DNA of 54,891 nucleotides, taken from contig DATMQL010000115.1 in the NCBI GenBank assembly GCA_035566815.1, forward strand, positions 1 to 54,891, in the 5' to 3' direction. The DNA is from Steroidobacteraceae bacterium. Lineage in GTDB: Bacteria; Pseudomonadota; Gammaproteobacteria; Steroidobacterales; Steroidobacteraceae. The translations under genes and the position numbers were made by a program. Under the pieces are notes generated by a model, which was not told the origin of the DNA, ran no database searches, and saw nothing but the letters and a program-made list of their open reading frames with translations. This document shows, one piece after another, positions 52,194 to 54,891 of the stretch; the stretch's first letter is position 1; the number at the start of each line of letters is the position of its first letter.

Positions 52194-54068
52194 CTAGGCA
52201 ACGGCTTTCTTGTTGTCTCTGCCGTTGGAGAACAGATCGTCATCCGGCGCGATTGCGCGGCCCATGTCTTCGATCTGTGCCCAGTCATTCGGGGACGCGA
52301 ACTTTTCATTCTTCGCCAGCTGACGCACGGCCTCGAGGAAGGCCCGGCGATTTTGCGCGGCCGACTGGTAGTACAACTCGAGCAACTTCAAGCGTAGATC
52401 GTTTCGATCGGGCTCGCGTTCGATAGCCTGGCGCAGTACCTCGGCCGGGCTCTTGCGGCGGTCGACGAATGGCTTCGGCGGCTCATCGAGCCCGCTGGCC
52501 AGGGTCACATGCGTGGTGTTATGGGCGCTTTCCGGATTGAAGAAGGCGAATTCGCGCGCGGCGGTGTCGTCGTCTACTTGCGCCTGCAGCGCCAGGATCG
52601 CGGTAGTTTCTACGTCCAGAACGCGCGGTGCGGGCAACTTTACTGTGGGCTCGTCGTCGGTCGCGGTGTCGCCGCCGTGGGTGGCGGCCGCGGGGATATC
52701 TTGCGCCTCGCTGGTGCTCGCGCTCGCACTCGCATGCTCCAAGTCGTGCTTTGCTTCTTCGACGAGATACGAGGCGCTCACGTCGATTTTCGGGAACGGC
52801 CGTGGTGTCTCGGAATCGTGGTGCAGGGGCGATTCCCGCTCTTCTCGCCACCCGCTGACATCGTCGTCGTCAGTCCGGCGTCGACGGTAGAGCCAGATGC
52901 CGGCGGCCAGCGCCAGTCCTAGAGAGACGGCGATCGGAGCGACGCGGATGCTACGGCGTGAGAGCGGTGCGGGCCCGTCTTCATTGGATTGCAATTGCTC
53001 CATGGCCTCGGCGGGCACGGGATGAGCAACGGCGGCCGCAATCGGGGCAGCGACCTGCACTACTGGCGGCTGCTTCAAGTCCTGCTTCAACTCCTCCAGT
53101 GCCTTCTCCAGTGACGCCACTCGTTGAGTGAGAGCCGTGGTCTCCGCTTCACGAGAATCAGTGCCTGGTTTGGAGTCAGCAACGGGAGTTGACCAAATCG
53201 CGGCTGTCGCGGAAGCCGCGACCGGCGCCGGGGCAGTGGTCGCGGCGGCAACAGTCGCCGTGGTGGCAACAGCAGGCGCGACACGGTGATCCGACGCACG
53301 CCAGGCCGCCATCTGCGCGGCGAACTCGTGATTCGCTTCGGCCGCTGGGATCTTCGACAACTCCGCCACCGTGGGAAGGTGGAGTTTGGCGCCGCTGCGC
53401 AGCATGTTGAGGTTGGTCTGGAAAGCGCCCGGGTTGGACCGGAAGATCGCGATCATCATCTTGTGGCGATCGGACCCGGACCGAGCGCCCGCGATAGTTG
53501 CAATCCGGTCGAGCGTATCGCGAGGTGCAACGGTATAGGTGTCGATCGCCGGCCTGACGTCCTCAGCCGTCGCGTGGCGTGCGGGCGCCGTGGCGACGGC
53601 GGGCGCCTGTGTTTGAGCGGCCGCTTCTGGCAATGGTTGCGCGGTAGCGGATTCGACGGGGTCGTGCTCCGGGGTAAATCCCGCGGGATCCAGCAAAACG
53701 GTATATTCGCGAACCACCTCGCCCATCGGCGAATGCAGGTCGACGAGAAAAGTAACCATCGGCTCGGTGAACGCGTCGGTCGAGCGCAGGAGGAGAACGG
53801 TATGCCCCTGTTTGTCCTGGCGCACCGTCAGCGCGGTGGAGGAAAGGGCCAACGGACGCTCCAGGCCGTGTCGCCGGAACATCTCTTCATCGGCGATCTC
53901 AGCGCTCAGACCGGCAGAATTCTCGGAGGTCACCCCGACGATCTCGATCTGCGCGGCGAGCGGCTGGTGAAGCGCCGATTCGACGTGGATATCCCCCAGC
54001 CCAAGCGCGAACGAGACACTCGGCAGTGCCAGGCCCAGGAGCAATTGATAGCCCGATCGGCGCAACAT
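52194..54068 (-). CDS. fimV: FimV/HubP-family protein (LysM domain, single TM, acidic cytoplasmic tail with C-terminal FimV motif)
   Basis: ORF 52194..54131; ATG at 54068 gives the signal MLRRSGYQLLLGLALPSVSFA. LysM-like YTVAPRDTLDRIA...LHLP. An Ala/Thr/Pro low-complexity segment and the TM IAVSLGLALAAGIWLY. C-terminal DLRLKLLELYYQS. Confidence 0.7.
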   Translation of the reverse strand: MLRRSGYQLLLGLALPSVSFALGLGDIHVESALHQPLAAQIEIVGVTSENSAGLSAEIADEEMFRRHGLERPLALSSTALTVRQDKQGHTVLLLRSTDAFTEPMVTFLVDLHSPMGEVVREYTVLLDPAGFTPEHDPVESATAQPLPEAAAQTQAPAVATAPARHATAEDVRPAIDTYTVAPRDTLDRIATIAGARSGSDRHKMMIAIFRSNPGAFQTNLNMLRSGAKLHLPTVAELSKIPAAEANHEFAAQMAAWRASDHRVAPAVATTATVAAATTAPAPVAASATAAIWSTPVADSKPGTDSREAETTALTQRVASLEKALEELKQDLKQPPVVQVAAPIAAAVAHPVPAEAMEQLQSNEDGPAPLSRRSIRVAPIAVSLGLALAAGIWLYRRRRTDDDDVSGWREERESPLHHDSETPRPFPKIDVSASYLVEEAKHDLEHASASASTSEAQDIPAAATHGGDTATDDEPTVKLPAPRVLDVETTAILALQAQVDDDTAAREFAFFNPESAHNTTHVTLASGLDEPPKPFVDRRKSPAEVLRQAIEREPDRNDLRLKLLELYYQSAAQNRRAFLEAVRQLAKNEKFASPNDWAQIEDMGRAIAPDDDLFSNGRDNKKAVA

Positions 54069-54290
54069 AGTTAAGTCCGAAGGTACCCGAACACCCCGAC
54101 GAAGGTCGTGGAATGCGTCACCAATACGCACTTACCGCACTGCCAACGCGAATCCAGTCCGCAGTTGAGCACCGAAGTTTTGGATGGAAATCAGACGTGG
54201 TTCACACTATCGGTTTGACGTGACTCCCGGGCGCCGGAGTCGGATGATCCCCATGCCAACGCAGCCTGGTTCAATCAACACCTGCGACCT

Positions 54291-54891
54291 TCATACTCCG
54301 TCGCGCACCTTGCTGCCATACGCACGCCAATGCGAGGGCGATTGACCGGTCCAGCGGCGAAATGCCCGTGTGAAACTGCTATCACACGAGAACCCCAGTA
54401 AGTACGTCACATCGCTGACGCTGTGTTGAGGTGCGCTCAGGTAGGCCATCGCCAATGCATGCCGCGTCTTGTCGAGGACCTCCTTGTAGGTCGTTCCGCT
54501 GTCGCCCAGTCTGCGCTGCAGGGTCCTGGGACTCATGTGGAGTTGCTCGGCGACTTCTTCCTGGGAGGGTTCCATCTTCTCCAGCCGGTGCATGAGTACT
54601 TCGCGTACGCGTGCCTGGATGTCGTCGTGCTCGATTCGCGCGAGGTACTGGAGTGCGATGGCGTCGCAGTGCCGTGCCAATTCCGGGTTGCCGCCCTCGA
54701 GCGGGCACTCCATGCTGTCGCTGTCGAAGACCATACGGTTTTGCGACGCACCGAATCTCAGCGGCGTGCGCAGAATCCGCTCGAAGTCCTCGACCCGGGC
54801 CGGTCGCGGCCGTCGTAGCTCAATGAGTCGCGGTGAGTAATCGCGCCCGAGCAGCGAGCGGCACATGCGCAGCTGCGCCCCCACCAGCGCG
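54291..54891 (-). CDS. AraC-family transcriptional regulator (N-terminus beyond the window end)
   Basis: C-terminal double HTH: SQEEVAEQLHMSPRTLQRRL and VTYLLGFSCDSSFTRAFRRWTGQSP. The frame stays open to the window edge. Confidence 0.85.
   Translation of the reverse strand, partial: ALVGAQLRMCRSLLGRDYSPRLIELRRPRPARVEDFERILRTPLRFGASQNRMVFDSDSMECPLEGGNPELARHCDAIALQYLARIEHDDIQARVREVLMHRLEKMEPSQEEVAEQLHMSPRTLQRRLGDSGTTYKEVLDKTRHALAMAYLSAPQHSVSDVTYLLGFSCDSSFTRAFRRWTGQSPSHWRAYGSKVRDGV

Overview
High-GC (about mid-60s % by eye) proteobacterial-type chromosomal DNA, almost fully coding. I count about 46 protein genes. There is no rRNA or tRNA, no CRISPR, and no transposase, integrase, phage or recognisable defence gene, so the window reads as core/metabolic rather than mobile. 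The dominant theme is amine and polyamine catabolism: puuC (135-1637), puuB/puuD/puuA (5366-9147), potFGHI (9524-13583), an APC permease + agmatine deiminase pair (20814-23323), a Tat-exported flavin amine oxidase translationally coupled to a cytochrome c (39897-41944), and an AruI-like ThDP decarboxylase with an MFS transporter (49246-52151). Other blocks are rlmL, asd, ppgK-aminotransferase-PLP enzyme, an icd-NUDIX-aceK operon, a PQQ dehydrogenase and a PlpD-like patatin/Omp85 protein. There is also a flavoprotein-MFS-flavoprotein-phnX cluster (phosphonate catabolism without phnW), a TonB receptor + TPR-sulfotransferase pair, an M20 peptidase, trmO, a GNAT, two MDR oxidoreductases, an NTF2-like protein + dihaem cytochrome c, a FimV-like protein and a partial AraC regulator. 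The most noteworthy unannotated signals are: (1) a Lys/Thr/Ile-rich 24-codon leader ORF plus an intrinsic terminator directly upstream of asd, a candidate attenuator; (2) the amine oxidase/cytochrome c pair, which resembles NicA2/CycN; (3) phnX paired with flavoproteins instead of a transaminase; (4) paired AT-rich operator-like boxes in the puuB/puuD divergent region; (5) a 57-bp hairpin-forming tandem repeat upstream of potF. I found no convincing new defence- or mobile-type multi-gene system. All calls rest on reading motifs in the supplied translations and sequence; no database search or folding computation was possible.
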